A stretch of 64,000 bases of DNA from Candidatus Uhrbacteria bacterium CG10_big_fil_rev_8_21_14_0_10_50_16 (GCA_002774875.1 PCYM01000006.1:17434-81433); one strand, 5' to 3'; counted from the first letter of the stretch, positions 19,904-30,581 are shown. Made by a program: numbers and translations. The notes: a model not told the origin generated them from the sequence alone.

Positions 19904-20653
19904 ATGTTGTTAGACGGTAACCATTTATCTCTTGGAATCGCCTACGTGGCAGGACTCACGTCATTTTTTGCTCCCTGTGTTGTGCCACTCCTCCCAGCAT
20001 ATGTTGCTTATTTTACTGGGTTGGGCGCAGCAGATACAGATGATCGGGCAAACAAGATTAAGCTCTTTTCTCACACGCTCATATTCGTCTTAGGGTTCCT
20101 GGTGATTTTTTTGTTGCTAGGAATGTCGTCTACATGGATCGGATCCTTGCTTGCGCATTACAAGATGATCTTATCTCGCGTCGGGGGGGTCGTTCTCATT
20201 GTTCTTGGTTTGTATCTTTTGGGCGTATTTAAAAATCCAGCATTGTATAGAGAACGTAAATTGAATCTACACGCACAATTCACTCGTTATCAAAGTTTGA
20301 ATGTGTTTGTGCTAGGTCTGACATTTGGATTTGCGTGGACGCCCTGTATTGGCCCGGTCCTTGCAGTCATTCTTCTGTGGACGAGTCAGGCCGCCACGTT
20401 GGGACAAGGGTTTTTGTTGATGTTGGCATTTGGTCTCGGTATCGGATCACCATTTTTATTGGTTAGTGTATTTTTGGATAAACTCATGCCATGGATTCGT
20501 AAGACGCAGCGGCTACAACAGATTGTTCATATGGCATCAGGATATCTCATCTTGATTATTGGGTTTTTGTTGCTTACAAACTTACTTACAGTGGTTACGG
20601 CGCCACTCACAAATCTTGGATCGCTCGAATTATTTTTAATAGATCGGCTGTAG
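19904..20653 (+). CDS. ccdA: Cytochrome c biogenesis CcdA / DsbD transmembrane domain
   Basis: SFFAPCVVPLLPAY and FAWTPCIGPVL redox Cys motifs, six TM. Confidence 0.92.
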   Translation: MLLDGNHLSLGIAYVAGLTSFFAPCVVPLLPAYVAYFTGLGAADTDDRANKIKLFSHTLIFVLGFLVIFLLLGMSSTWIGSLLAHYKMILSRVGGVVLIVLGLYLLGVFKNPALYRERKLNLHAQFTRYQSLNVFVLGLTFGFAWTPCIGPVLAVILLWTSQAATLGQGFLLMLAFGLGIGSPFLLVSVFLDKLMPWIRKTQRLQQIVHMASGYLILIIGFLLLTNLLTVVTAPLTNLGSLELFLIDRL

Positions 20654-20703
20654 GAGCTCACGGTGCAACAAACAGTTGGCCTTGAACGTGATAGAATAAC
20701 GTT

Positions 20704-21405
20704 ATGGCAAGGAGGAAGTGGTTTAAATTACGACGTGTCGTGGAAGAGGTCGTCTTTGGTGTAGAAGACAGCCTTGTTTCGACGTTGGGTGCAATTACCG
20801 GTATTGCCGCGGGAACGCAAAGTACCTACATTGTGATTTTATCCGGGATTGTTCTGCTGTTTGCAGAGGCTACGTCCATGACGGCGGGGAGCTACTTGTC
20901 CTCAAAATCAGAAGGAGAAGTGTGGTTGCAGGAGCATGAGTCAGATTGGGATGAGCTGATGAAGAAGCAAGGGGTTGGGAGAGGACCGGTTCACGCAGTG
21001 TTAAAGCAGGAGCGAGTAAAGCAAGAAACAAGTTACGCAATTTTGCAAGCGATCGAGGTGCAGCGTAGGCGATGGCTGGGACAAATTATTCGGCACGAGC
21101 GAGCAAGTTCTCCTTCTGGAAATCAAGCGCCTGTGTTTGCCGCGAGCGTAATGGGGGTCAGCTACTTGTTGGCAGGAATCATCCCTCTTGGTGCCTACTT
21201 CATTTTCCCTGTGCGGATGGCTATTCCTATTTCTGTGGTTGTGACGTTAATTGCGTTGTTTGCGTTTGGTGTATGGAAAGCTTCACTGACACGACAATCC
21301 AAATGGAAAAGTGGTTTGGAGATGCTGGCCATTGCAGGGGCCGCGGCTGGAATTGCGTATGTGTTGGGGTATGTGGTGCGGCAGATGTTTGGTGTTGTGA
21401 TTTAG
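20704..21405 (+). CDS. VIT1/CCC1 family Fe/Mn transporter
   Basis: VVFGVEDSLVSTLG, SMTAGSYLSSKSE, SYLLAGIIPL. Confidence 0.9.
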   Translation: MARRKWFKLRRVVEEVVFGVEDSLVSTLGAITGIAAGTQSTYIVILSGIVLLFAEATSMTAGSYLSSKSEGEVWLQEHESDWDELMKKQGVGRGPVHAVLKQERVKQETSYAILQAIEVQRRRWLGQIIRHERASSPSGNQAPVFAASVMGVSYLLAGIIPLGAYFIFPVRMAIPISVVVTLIALFAFGVWKASLTRQSKWKSGLEMLAIAGAAAGIAYVLGYVVRQMFGVVI

Positions 21406-21425
21406 TCTTTGCAAAGTAATTTGAT

Positions 21426-22400
21426 ATGAACTTACGCGCATTTGGAAAAAATCTTGGACTACAAGCACCAGAGTTTCCAAAAGGAATCATTTGGTTGAAT
21501 ACGGAACCACTCACGTTAAAACAGCTGCGAGGAAAAATCGTTTTGATTGATTTTTGGACATATTCCTGCGTTAACTGCCTCAACGTCATGCCACATCTAC
21601 GCCGATGGCACAAGCTGTATGCAAAGAAAGGTCTCGTTGTGATCGGTGTACATACGCCCGAGTTCGCGTTTGAGAAAGACGTATTAAATGTCGAAACAGC
21701 TGTAAAAGAATTTGATCTCACGTATCCGGTAGCGATTGATTCAGAATCAAAGATTTGGGAGGCGTATAACAACCATTGGTGGCCGCGACTTGTATTGATC
21801 AATAAGGCGGGTCAAATTGCTTTTGATCACGTAGGAGAGGGGGGATATGTAGAGATTGAGAAAGAAATTCAAAAGGCGTTGCGAGGCGTGGGGGCGAAGG
21901 CGTTGCCAAAGATTGAGAGAGAGTCGAAGTCGTCTGGTGGGGTTTGTTTTCCTACAACTCCCGAGATATATCTTGGATTCTCACGCGGACATTTTAAAAA
22001 TTCAGACGTTGAGGCGAATCATTGCCATAATTATAAACGCGTAAGCGATCAACGTGACACGCCAAGTTTGGAGGGGGAATGGACTGTCCGCGAAGGATAC
22101 GTAGAATCACACGGCGGAAAAATTCACTTGCCGTTTATGGCGGGGTCCATCAACTTGGTTGCACAGACGAGCGATGGAGAGAAGCAGCGGATTGCGGTTG
22201 TGCGTGATGGAAACGCTCTTGCGACGAACGAGGCGGGCGACGATATTGTTTTTGACGGTGATGATTCTGTTATTTTTGCACGCGAGCCGCGCATGTATCG
22301 GTTGCTTGCAGCTAGTGCACACCTAACAGGCGTATTGACACTCAACGTTCCAAGTGGCGTGCGCCTGTATTCGCTCACCTTTGGTTCCGCATGCGAGTAG
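21426..22400 (+). CDS. DipZ-like redoxin (thioredoxin + C-terminal beta domain)
   Basis: WLNTEPL..LRGKIVLIDFWTYSCVNC, GVHTPEFAFEK, HVGEGGY, TTPEIYLG, YSLTFG. Confidence 0.9.
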   Translation: MNLRAFGKNLGLQAPEFPKGIIWLNTEPLTLKQLRGKIVLIDFWTYSCVNCLNVMPHLRRWHKLYAKKGLVVIGVHTPEFAFEKDVLNVETAVKEFDLTYPVAIDSESKIWEAYNNHWWPRLVLINKAGQIAFDHVGEGGYVEIEKEIQKALRGVGAKALPKIERESKSSGGVCFPTTPEIYLGFSRGHFKNSDVEANHCHNYKRVSDQRDTPSLEGEWTVREGYVESHGGKIHLPFMAGSINLVAQTSDGEKQRIAVVRDGNALATNEAGDDIVFDGDDSVIFAREPRMYRLLAASAHLTGVLTLNVPSGVRLYSLTFGSACE

Positions 22401-22551
22401 GAGAGGTTGAGCTAGGTGAGAGATAGTGGTTTATTTTCATAAAGGTTTTTTGTTTCTCTACTTTGCCGTTTTTTGCTAAGATCAAAGAGGGTATATCCGT
22501 TAAGGCAGGTAACAAGGAAAGCTGTATCAAACAGCTAGGAAGGACGTGTAA

Positions 22552-22782
22552 GTGACTCATGCCACGGCACTTGTGATCGGTTCCACGGACAACGACATCC
22601 GCTGTGAACTGTACGGTCAGGACGCTGGAACGGGGAGATTTGCTGGCGCGGTGAATCTGTACCGCAGCGGTGTTTTTCACATCACGCTTCTTTCTTCCAG
22701 GCCGGGCTTTGCCTCTCCAGAAGAGGCTGTGGCGTACATGGAAGAGGTTGTACAGCAAGTTCGTGCGGCGGTAGCGGCCTAG
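22552..22782 (+). CDS. Small hypothetical protein (SD-led orphan cassette)
   Basis: AGGAAGGA before GTG, own extended -10 (TGCTAAGAT) and terminator ~22866-22892. Confidence 0.6.
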   Translation: MTHATALVIGSTDNDIRCELYGQDAGTGRFAGAVNLYRSGVFHITLLSSRPGFASPEEAVAYMEEVVQQVRAAVAA

Positions 22783-22919
22783 GACCCACTTCTCATCTTC
22801 GGGGGGACACACTGTCTCCCCGCCCACAATGTAGAACGTGTACCATTGAATTTGATTACTAAGCTTATACCTCGTTATGGGGTATTTGTTTTTGCATTGA
22901 ATTTGCTAAACTGAGCGCC

Positions 22920-23810
22920 ATGAAACCTGATACAAAACTTTTGCGGTGGTATACCGCGCACGGACGGAAACTCCCATGGCGACGTACGCATAATGCGTAT
23001 CGCATTTTGGTGAGTGAGATCATGTTACAGCAAACGCAGGTGGATCGTGTAAAGGGATTTTATGCATCGTGGCTCAAACGGTTTCCCACGTGGAAGGCAC
23101 TTGCAGAGGCTTCAAACGCCGATGTGCTGCACGCGTGGGCGGGTTTAGGGTACAACCGTCGTGCGCTAGTATTGAGAGACATTGCACGGCAGATTGTGGA
23201 GCGTGGAGAACCCAGGGATCGCGAGGGGTGGCTCGCGCTTAAGGGAATTGGACCCTATACAGCGTCGGCGGTGATGGCGTTTGCGTACAAACAACCGTAT
23301 TTACCGATTGACACCAATATTCGCAGGTTTTGTGGGCGGTTTTTATTGGGAAAAACGTATCCGCAGCCGGCGGATGACGAGCAAATTCAACAAAAGGCTC
23401 AAATAACTCTCATGGGATCGGCTCAGGCGTTTGATATCCCGCAGGCGATTTTTGATGTGGCGACGATGTATTGCACCAAGGTTCCCAATTGCGCCGCGTG
23501 CCCAATGCAAAAGGAATGTCTGGCGGCAAAGCAATTTTTGTCGGGCGAAGTGACGGCACCAAAGCAGATGGTCGCAAAGGCACAGGAGACCATTCATCGC
23601 AATAAAAAACACCCGGATCGCATTTACCGGGGGCGGATATTGAAACTCGTTCGAGAATCGGTTCAGTTAGTTACTGTTGATTCGATTGGATGCAAGATCG
23701 ACAACGAGTATGACGATGAGCTTGATCGAACTTGGTTGGAGGCGATGATTAATCGGCTTGCGGCGGATGGAATGCTTGTGCAAAAAGGGAAGAGCGTTAT
23801 TTTTAGATAA
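22920..23810 (+). CDS. mutY: A/G-specific adenine glycosylase (short MutY-like)
   Basis: RKLPWR, VSEIMLQQTQV, WAGLGYNRRA, HhH LKGIGPYTA..D, Fe-S Cys cluster. Confidence 0.88.
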   Translation: MKPDTKLLRWYTAHGRKLPWRRTHNAYRILVSEIMLQQTQVDRVKGFYASWLKRFPTWKALAEASNADVLHAWAGLGYNRRALVLRDIARQIVERGEPRDREGWLALKGIGPYTASAVMAFAYKQPYLPIDTNIRRFCGRFLLGKTYPQPADDEQIQQKAQITLMGSAQAFDIPQAIFDVATMYCTKVPNCAACPMQKECLAAKQFLSGEVTAPKQMVAKAQETIHRNKKHPDRIYRGRILKLVRESVQLVTVDSIGCKIDNEYDDELDRTWLEAMINRLAADGMLVQKGKSVIFR

Positions 23811-23846
23811 TGTTTCACCCCCGGCGCAGTATGCGGTCGATGGCGA

Positions 23847-24179
23847 TTAGGAGGTGCGGCTGGCCTGCAAGAGGCTCAGACACATCTCGGTGAAGCAGGT
23901 GATCATGGGCCAGTGGAGCTCATGCAGAGTTTGATCATTGATCCCTTCTACGTGGCTGGAAAGGTCCATCGTCACGACTGCGACATGGGTGAAGCAAAGG
24001 GAGAACCTGTACCCGTGGGTTGTCTGCTCTAGCAACAGTGAGCAGGGTGTCTTGGTAAAACTCCATGTAGCATCTGATTCTCCCGAGGTGTAGTTGACGT
24101 TTCGGATGTTGTGCAGATCAACGAGTCGATCAACTTCCCCACATGCCCAGTCGTAAATCGACAGCCTACTGCGTGCCAT
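23847..24179 (-). CDS. Hypothetical protein (SD-led orphan cassette)
   Basis: TTGACA-17-TATAAA promoter, GGAGG 4 nt before ATG, GC-rich codons. Confidence 0.65.
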   Translation of the reverse strand: MARSRLSIYDWACGEVDRLVDLHNIRNVNYTSGESDATWSFTKTPCSLLLEQTTHGYRFSLCFTHVAVVTMDLSSHVEGINDQTLHELHWPMITCFTEMCLSLLQASRTS

Positions 24180-24289
24180 GGTGCCTCCGGGTTTGCAACA
24201 CGTTGTTTATAGCAATGAGGGTAGACTGTGTCAAACAAAAAACCTCGAGCATACGCCCGAGGTTTTTGGATTGAACAAGGATGAATTAC

Positions 24290-26281
24290 CTAGATGATCA
24301 ACGCGACAATCAATAACGCAACGATGTTGATGATCTTAATCATTGGGTTAATGGCAGGTCCCGCGGTGTCCTTGTATGGATCTCCAACGGTGTCACCTGT
24401 TACGGCCGCTTGATGTGCGATGGATCCCTTTCCACCATAGTTACCAAGCTCTACGTACTTCTTTGCATTGTCCCATGCACCACCTCCTGTGGTCATAGAG
24501 ATCGCCACAAAGATTCCGGTAATGATGGATCCAATCAAGACACCGCCCAATGCGATTGGTCCCAAGACAAACCCGACCAAAATTGGCACGAGGATCGGCA
24601 AGAGTGCTGGGATGATCATGGCACTCAACGCTCCCTTGGTGACAATATCAACGGCCTTGCCATACTCAGGCTTGGCGGTTCCTTCCATGATTCCAGGGAT
24701 TTCTCGGAACTGTCGACGCACCTCCTCAACCACGCGACCAGCGACTTTTCCAACAGCCTCCATGGCAAATGCCCCAAAGAGGTAAGGAAGAAGCCCTCCA
24801 ATAAAGAGGCCAGCAATCACAAGTGGATTGTCGATCAAGAACTCTGTTGGCCCTCCAAGCTCTGCGAGTTTGTGTGTGTAGTCTCCAAATAAGACAAGTG
24901 TTGCAAGGGCGGCAGAACCAATGGCATAGCCTTTTGTGACGGCCTTTGTCGTGTTTCCAACCGCGTCGAGTTTGTCGGTCACCTCGCGAACTTTTTCTGG
25001 CATGTTTGCCATCTCAGCGATTCCACCCGCGTTGTCCGTAATCGGACCGTAGGCATCAAGTGTCACAATAATTCCAGTCAAGGACAACATCGCCATAGCA
25101 GCGATCGCGATTCCAAACAATCCAGCAAGCGCGTAGGCACCAAGGATGGCAGCTACAAGCACGAGAATAGGCATTGCGGTCGACTTCATGGAAAGAGCCA
25201 AGCCAGCGATCACGTTTGTTCCATGGCCTGTCTCAGATGCCTTAGCAAGATTCTTTACCGGGCTGTACGTGGTTGCGGTGTAGTATTCCGTGATCCAAAC
25301 CATGGCAGCCGTGACGGCGAGTCCAATCAATGCACTATAAAACACGTTCAACCAGTTAAGCCCAGGAACATCAGCAAGTAAAAACTTGGTAATTGGATAG
25401 AACGCAATTGCCGACAAAGCACCGGCCGCGATCAACCCTTTGTACAATGCCCCCATGATGTTTTCTTTCTGTCCGAGTCGGATAAAGAACAGCGCAATAA
25501 TGGAGGTGATGATAGACGCAGCACCAAGAGCCAATGGGTAGAGAATAACCGCCTCCACATCTACAAAGGTGATGGCAGCGATCAACATGGTTGCTACGGC
25601 CGTAACGGCGTAAGTTTCAAATAAGTCGGCAGCCATACCGGCACAGTCTCCCACGTTATCTCCCACGTTGTCGGCAATCACGGCTGGGTTCCGTGGATCA
25701 TCTTCTGGAATCCCTGCCTCAACTTTTCCAACAAGGTCAGCACCCACGTCTGCGGCTTTGGTAAAAATACCTCCACCCAAACGTGCGAACACGGAGATGA
25801 GGGATCCTCCAAACGCCAATCCGATCAAAGCGCTTACATCCCGTGTAAAGTAGTAGAAAAGAGTGACTCCCAAGAGGGCGAGACCAACCACGAACAATCC
25901 TGTAACGGCTCCGCCCTTAACGCTAATGTCGAGTGCTTCGTGGATGCCCTTGCGAGCCGCCTCTGCCACACGGACATTCGCACGCACGGAAACATTCATT
26001 CCAATATAGCCGGCAACACCAGATAAAATGGCACCAACAGCAAATCCGATAGCGGTCGTTGATCCAAGAAACAGCCACAAAAGCACAAATGCAACAGCCC
26101 CAATATAGCCGATCACACGGTACTGACGGTTTAAAAAGGCCTTTGCCCCTTCTTGAATTGCATGTGCAATCCCGGTCATTTTTCCTTCTCCTGCCGGTAA
26201 GCGAAGGATCCAACGAATAAGATAGAGCGCATAGAGAAGCGCAATAACACTTGAAACAATCGCGAAAATCACGACATTCAT
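24290..26281 (-). CDS. hppA: Membrane-bound proton-translocating pyrophosphatase, K+-independent type
   Basis: [35 protein letters not shown] (Lys at the K+-dependence position), [10 protein letters not shown]. Confidence 0.96.
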   Translation of the reverse strand: MNVVIFAIVSSVIALLYALYLIRWILRLPAGEGKMTGIAHAIQEGAKAFLNRQYRVIGYIGAVAFVLLWLFLGSTTAIGFAVGAILSGVAGYIGMNVSVRANVRVAEAARKGIHEALDISVKGGAVTGLFVVGLALLGVTLFYYFTRDVSALIGLAFGGSLISVFARLGGGIFTKAADVGADLVGKVEAGIPEDDPRNPAVIADNVGDNVGDCAGMAADLFETYAVTAVATMLIAAITFVDVEAVILYPLALGAASIITSIIALFFIRLGQKENIMGALYKGLIAAGALSAIAFYPITKFLLADVPGLNWLNVFYSALIGLAVTAAMVWITEYYTATTYSPVKNLAKASETGHGTNVIAGLALSMKSTAMPILVLVAAILGAYALAGLFGIAIAAMAMLSLTGIIVTLDAYGPITDNAGGIAEMANMPEKVREVTDKLDAVGNTTKAVTKGYAIGSAALATLVLFGDYTHKLAELGGPTEFLIDNPLVIAGLFIGGLLPYLFGAFAMEAVGKVAGRVVEEVRRQFREIPGIMEGTAKPEYGKAVDIVTKGALSAMIIPALLPILVPILVGFVLGPIALGGVLIGSIITGIFVAISMTTGGGAWDNAKKYVELGNYGGKGSIAHQAAVTGDTVGDPYKDTAGPAINPMIKIINIVALLIVALII

Positions 26282-26379
26282 AGGTTACAAGACTAAGAGA
26301 ATGAGTTTTTGTCTAAATCGCTTGTCCCTAAGGGGCGAATGCCGATATAATACGAATGTTAGCCTTAAACGTCAATAGA

Positions 26380-26979
26380 ATGAGTATTATCCTCCCATCG
26401 GGCAAATTAGAGATACAATTACGTGCGCAAGGTGTGCAATTGATTGCGGGCGTGGACGAGGCGGGGGCTGGGGCGTTGGCGGGTCCGGTTGTTGCGGCGG
26501 CGGTGATCTTACCCGAGGGTCATGGTTTGGCGGTAAGGGATTCAAAGACGCTTTCACAACGTCAACGTGAGACATTATTTGATCAAATTCACGCGGTTGC
26601 TATAGCTGTCGGCGTTGGCATCGTTCATGTGGAGGATATTAATAAACTTGGAATCCGACCAGCGAATTTATTGGCCATGCAAAAAGCGGCTGAGGCACTG
26701 ACGCATGTTGATCACATCCTCGTAGACGCACGGGAAATTCCACATATCAAAATTTCGCAGACCGCTATTATCCGAGGAGACCAGCAAGAATTCTGTATTG
26801 CGGCTGCGTCGATTATTGCCAAGGTGACGCGTGACCGATTTATGACGGAGGTGCATCAATTATTTCCGCAGTACAACTTTGCGCAACATAAAGGATACGG
26901 AACATTGGCGCACAGAATGGCGGTGCAAACACATGGGCGCTGTTCTTTGCATCGAGAATCGTTTACGATAGAGGTATGA
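26380..26979 (+). CDS. rnhB: Ribonuclease HII
   Basis: GVDEAGAGALAGPVVAAAV, DSK, LVDA, IAAASIIAKVTRD, HKGYGT. Confidence 0.93.
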   Translation: MSIILPSGKLEIQLRAQGVQLIAGVDEAGAGALAGPVVAAAVILPEGHGLAVRDSKTLSQRQRETLFDQIHAVAIAVGVGIVHVEDINKLGIRPANLLAMQKAAEALTHVDHILVDAREIPHIKISQTAIIRGDQQEFCIAAASIIAKVTRDRFMTEVHQLFPQYNFAQHKGYGTLAHRMAVQTHGRCSLHRESFTIEV

Positions 26980-27674
26980 GTTTAGCAGGAGCACAACGTT
27001 TTGATACATCGGTGTCTGCAGGTGTGGTCCACCATGGCGTGGATTTGTTGCAGTACGGTGTTGCACGGGATCACTCCGCGCGCCCTGTGTCGGCAAAATT
27101 TCCGCATATTTTTGTGCAACAACAAGGTGTGATGGTGAGTGGGGAATATATCCACCCTTTGGATCAACAACATAAGGTGACAAATGTTTTCTGGGAAGAC
27201 CGATCACGACAAGACGCAACGACTGCCTTGGAACGCACGTATCGTTACGCGGAGCTTGTGGATGGTCGCATTGCGTTGCAAGAGATTCAACAACGAGATG
27301 AGGTGGATCGAGTCGATCAACAACTTCTTCGTGCGTTTAATGCATCAGGGTTGATTGAAGGCGAAACATTCCTGGTCAACGAATCCGTACGTGCACAGCG
27401 TTGGTGTCAGTATACAAATGGCCAGTGTCTTATTTTAGAAGAACGCTATAGCGAAGACGGTCAGCTGACGGATCGTAATACATTTGCAAAATCGTCTTCA
27501 CAAATGTCATGGAGCGTGAGCGGCAGTACGATACAGAATGGCTACGAATCGTTATATATAAAACAACCTGTTTTGACTCTGCCGTCCCTATCCGGATTTT
27601 CCACGAGACATTCATTCGCTCCCGTGTTTATGCTGCCAATCGACAATGAACGTCTCTTTTCTTTTGAACGGTAA
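26976..27674 (+). CDS. Hypothetical protein
   Basis: 232-aa ORF overlapping rnhB stop (ATGA). Confidence 0.55.
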   Translation: MSLAGAQRFDTSVSAGVVHHGVDLLQYGVARDHSARPVSAKFPHIFVQQQGVMVSGEYIHPLDQQHKVTNVFWEDRSRQDATTALERTYRYAELVDGRIALQEIQQRDEVDRVDQQLLRAFNASGLIEGETFLVNESVRAQRWCQYTNGQCLILEERYSEDGQLTDRNTFAKSSSQMSWSVSGSTIQNGYESLYIKQPVLTLPSLSGFSTRHSFAPVFMLPIDNERLFSFER

Positions 27675-27724
27675 GTAAAAAAATAAGTTGACGACGTACA
27701 GGCACTCTGATAGCGTGGCATTAC

Positions 27725-29068
27725 ATGCTATTACAACTCAAACGTCTTGCGTTACGGGGGTTTATCCTCTTTGTAAAACTTGGTGCCAACGTTGCCTATT
27801 ATTCCAAACAGGTACTCAGACCATTGCTCTCGCCTGTTCGAACAATTGCGCATTTTTTTGTTTCTATTTTTGGTGTTCCTCTTTATCGCGGGCTCTTCCT
27901 CTTGCGCCGATTTTTTGGACGCATCTATGTTCCGGGAAAAAATAAGTTCATGTATTTTTTGACCAACCGTTACGCCATTCATACCGTCGTTATATTGTTG
28001 GCGTTTACCACGACGGCAATGAACGTGCAAGCGAGTGGTGTGCGTGCGGATGACTTTGGTCAAGAAAGTTTATTGTACGAAATGGTAACCGGACAAACAA
28101 ATAGAGTTGTTGCCGTACGCGCGGATACCGTAACGTCAAAACCTTCGCGTTATCTTGGATCTGCAGCATTGAGCGTGCAATCTGACATTGACTTTCATAC
28201 ACCGGCCGACGATTATGTTGCAACGACATCTGGAGGATCCGCTATTATTGCGCTGACTATCTCTGAGTCGGGTGCAAGTGTTGCTCCTCGTACGGAAAAA
28301 CTTGCCTACACAGTTAAGGACGGTGATACGATTGGTACTATCGCGCAGGCTCATGGAATCTCGTTGAACACGTTGTTGTGGGCCAATAATATTACAGCAA
28401 AGTCGACCATTCGACCTGGTGATACATTGCAAATTCTTCCTGTAGACGGGCTGACGCACAAGGTCAAGTCGGGAGACACGATCTTAGCAATCGCGCGTAA
28501 GTACGACGCGGCCGCAACAGAGATTACGGAATTTAATAACCTTACGTCCAGTAGCGCATTGAGTATTGGAGAAGAATTGATTATTCCAAATGGCGTGCAG
28601 CCGGCTGCGGTTCCAGCTCCTCGTTCTGTGGCAAGGGTCTTTACAAGTGCACCATCTACATCTACGCCTACCGGCAATCCAAATGCAACGGCACCAAGCA
28701 CGGCGGCGTCCGGGCGTATGGTGTGGCCAACGGATCTGCACATTATTACGCAATACTTTGGATGGAAGCATACAGGCGTGGATATTGACTGTCATTTTGA
28801 CAACAATAACTATGCAGCCGATGATGGTGTTGTGCAGTACAGCGGTTGGAAGGGTGGATATGGACTCACGGTGGAGATTAATCACGGAAATGGTCTTGTG
28901 ACGCGTTATGGTCACCATGCAAAACTCTATGTATCAAATGGACAAACCGTCGCAAAGGGCCAGGCGCTTGGATTGTGTGGAACAACAGGAAACTCTACGG
29001 GAACACACTTGCACTTTGAAGTGATCTCTGGCGGGCGATTTACCAACCCGCTGGAATACGTGCGTTAA
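27725..29068 (+). CDS. LysM-domain M23 peptidase
   Basis: Two LysM repeats; HTGVD, YGHH, STGTHLHFEV. Confidence 0.95.
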   Translation: MLLQLKRLALRGFILFVKLGANVAYYSKQVLRPLLSPVRTIAHFFVSIFGVPLYRGLFLLRRFFGRIYVPGKNKFMYFLTNRYAIHTVVILLAFTTTAMNVQASGVRADDFGQESLLYEMVTGQTNRVVAVRADTVTSKPSRYLGSAALSVQSDIDFHTPADDYVATTSGGSAIIALTISESGASVAPRTEKLAYTVKDGDTIGTIAQAHGISLNTLLWANNITAKSTIRPGDTLQILPVDGLTHKVKSGDTILAIARKYDAAATEITEFNNLTSSSALSIGEELIIPNGVQPAAVPAPRSVARVFTSAPSTSTPTGNPNATAPSTAASGRMVWPTDLHIITQYFGWKHTGVDIDCHFDNNNYAADDGVVQYSGWKGGYGLTVEINHGNGLVTRYGHHAKLYVSNGQTVAKGQALGLCGTTGNSTGTHLHFEVISGGRFTNPLEYVR

Positions 29069-29124
29069 CAGCTAATCGTGAACACAAAAACACCCACAAT
29101 CGTGGGTGTTTTGAATTGCGGTCA

Positions 29125-29934
29125 CTAGGCAACGTTATCAAGTTGATCGTTGAGATCGTCGAGCTCTTGTTGAGAGATAGCAACCTCACCGTGGCCTTTG
29201 CGCAGCTCTTGACCATAACGTGCAGAAGACCCAAGCGCTTTTCCGCGCGCGATATTCATTTTTTTCTTTCCAAACAATCGTCCAAAAAATCCTATGTCAT
29301 CTCGCTTCCTTGCGTCGGCATGCATGTTATCTCGGGCCTGGATATGTGTTGGTCGATGTTCTTCTGGTTGACGCACGGTTCTCCCCGGGATTGTTTCGCG
29401 AACCGCCTGAACGGTTGCAGCTTGTCGTTCTCGATGCCGCATGTCGGGTGTGGATTGAGTAAGTCCGTTAAGACGTTCTGTCACGATCGCGAGCTGCTTG
29501 TTGAGTTCGCCTTTTTGTAAAATGTTCCATGGTCGGAGCGCATCCATTTGATTTTGAAGTGCGACCTCACGGCGTCGTAACTCGATCGCCTGCGTCTTTC
29601 TCATGGAAGCCATATTATTCTCGTACTTGCCCGCAGCGGCAAGCGCTTCCTCTTTTTGCAAACGTATTAGTTCTCGTCCTGTTTGTTCTTGCTCGTGCGC
29701 CTTCCTTGCTCGATTTTCTAAGTCGGCTTCTTTTTGTAATTCTTCGCGAGATTGCCAGGGCGCGCCTGTTTCAATATAAGCATAAGAAAGATCCTTGATC
29801 TGAACCGCGTCAAGACGGGGTTCAGAATTTGCAGCCTCAACGGGTGCGTGACTTGGCAGAGTACCAATCAGATCGTGGTCTGGCTCCGAGAAGGCCACTG
29901 CTGCTCCTGAATCGAGATGTCGTTTTGGGTTCAT
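29125..29934 (-). CDS. Hypothetical coiled-coil protein
   Basis: Charged helical ORF, likely start MNPKRHL; FFGRLFGKKK amphipathic motif. Confidence 0.65.
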   Translation of the reverse strand: MNPKRHLDSGAAVAFSEPDHDLIGTLPSHAPVEAANSEPRLDAVQIKDLSYAYIETGAPWQSREELQKEADLENRARKAHEQEQTGRELIRLQKEEALAAAGKYENNMASMRKTQAIELRRREVALQNQMDALRPWNILQKGELNKQLAIVTERLNGLTQSTPDMRHRERQAATVQAVRETIPGRTVRQPEEHRPTHIQARDNMHADARKRDDIGFFGRLFGKKKMNIARGKALGSSARYGQELRKGHGEVAISQQELDDLNDQLDNVA

Positions 29935-30174
29935 AGAAAGTCGCATTAAAGATATATCGAGTATACAGCAAAGTATGGGGTTGTGTTTAAAATCTTCTTG
30001 CCGCATAAAATCCCTCCATGTTGGCTGTGAAGGATTTTTGACGTCTCTATTTAAATGATGGGCGAGAGAGTTGACAATTTGTAGATATTCTGTTATAAAA
30101 AACATGTTTTTAGATGTGTGGCGACCAAAAGGTCAAAGCACAATGGCAGTTCATCATTCAGTAGGGAGATCGTC

Positions 30175-30480
30175 ATGTCGGGTGATCTAAAATGCAGCTT
30201 CTGCGGCAGGAAGCCAAAGGAAGTTCGGGCCATGGTCAAGAGTCCAGACGCGAACATCTGCAACGAGTGCACGCTGTTGTGTCTCGATGTGATGCAAGAC
30301 AGCGGGATGGACGACCCTGTTCGCCGTGCCGATATCAAGGGGGAGCTCCGCTGGTTGATCTTCGGGGAAGCAGAGGATGGGAGCGAGTGCGATCCCAACA
30401 GCGAGAGACTCATCCTGGTGAGGGAGGTGATCGCCGAGCATCAAGCGAAGGTGGTCAGTGAGGACAAGCCGACCGACTGA
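30175..30480 (+). CDS. Stand-alone ClpX C4-type zinc-finger domain protein
   Basis: LKCSFCGRKPKEVRAMVKSPDANICNECTLLC; GGAG SD; own promoter and terminator. Confidence 0.8.
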   Translation: MSGDLKCSFCGRKPKEVRAMVKSPDANICNECTLLCLDVMQDSGMDDPVRRADIKGELRWLIFGEAEDGSECDPNSERLILVREVIAEHQAKVVSEDKPTD

Positions 30481-30581
30481 GGTCGCTCAACCGTCCAACC
30501 GAGACAGCTACACGAGCTGCCTACTCCGGTGGGCGGTTTCGTGTTTTATATTGATCTCACTTTATATTTAACCTGCGTAAC

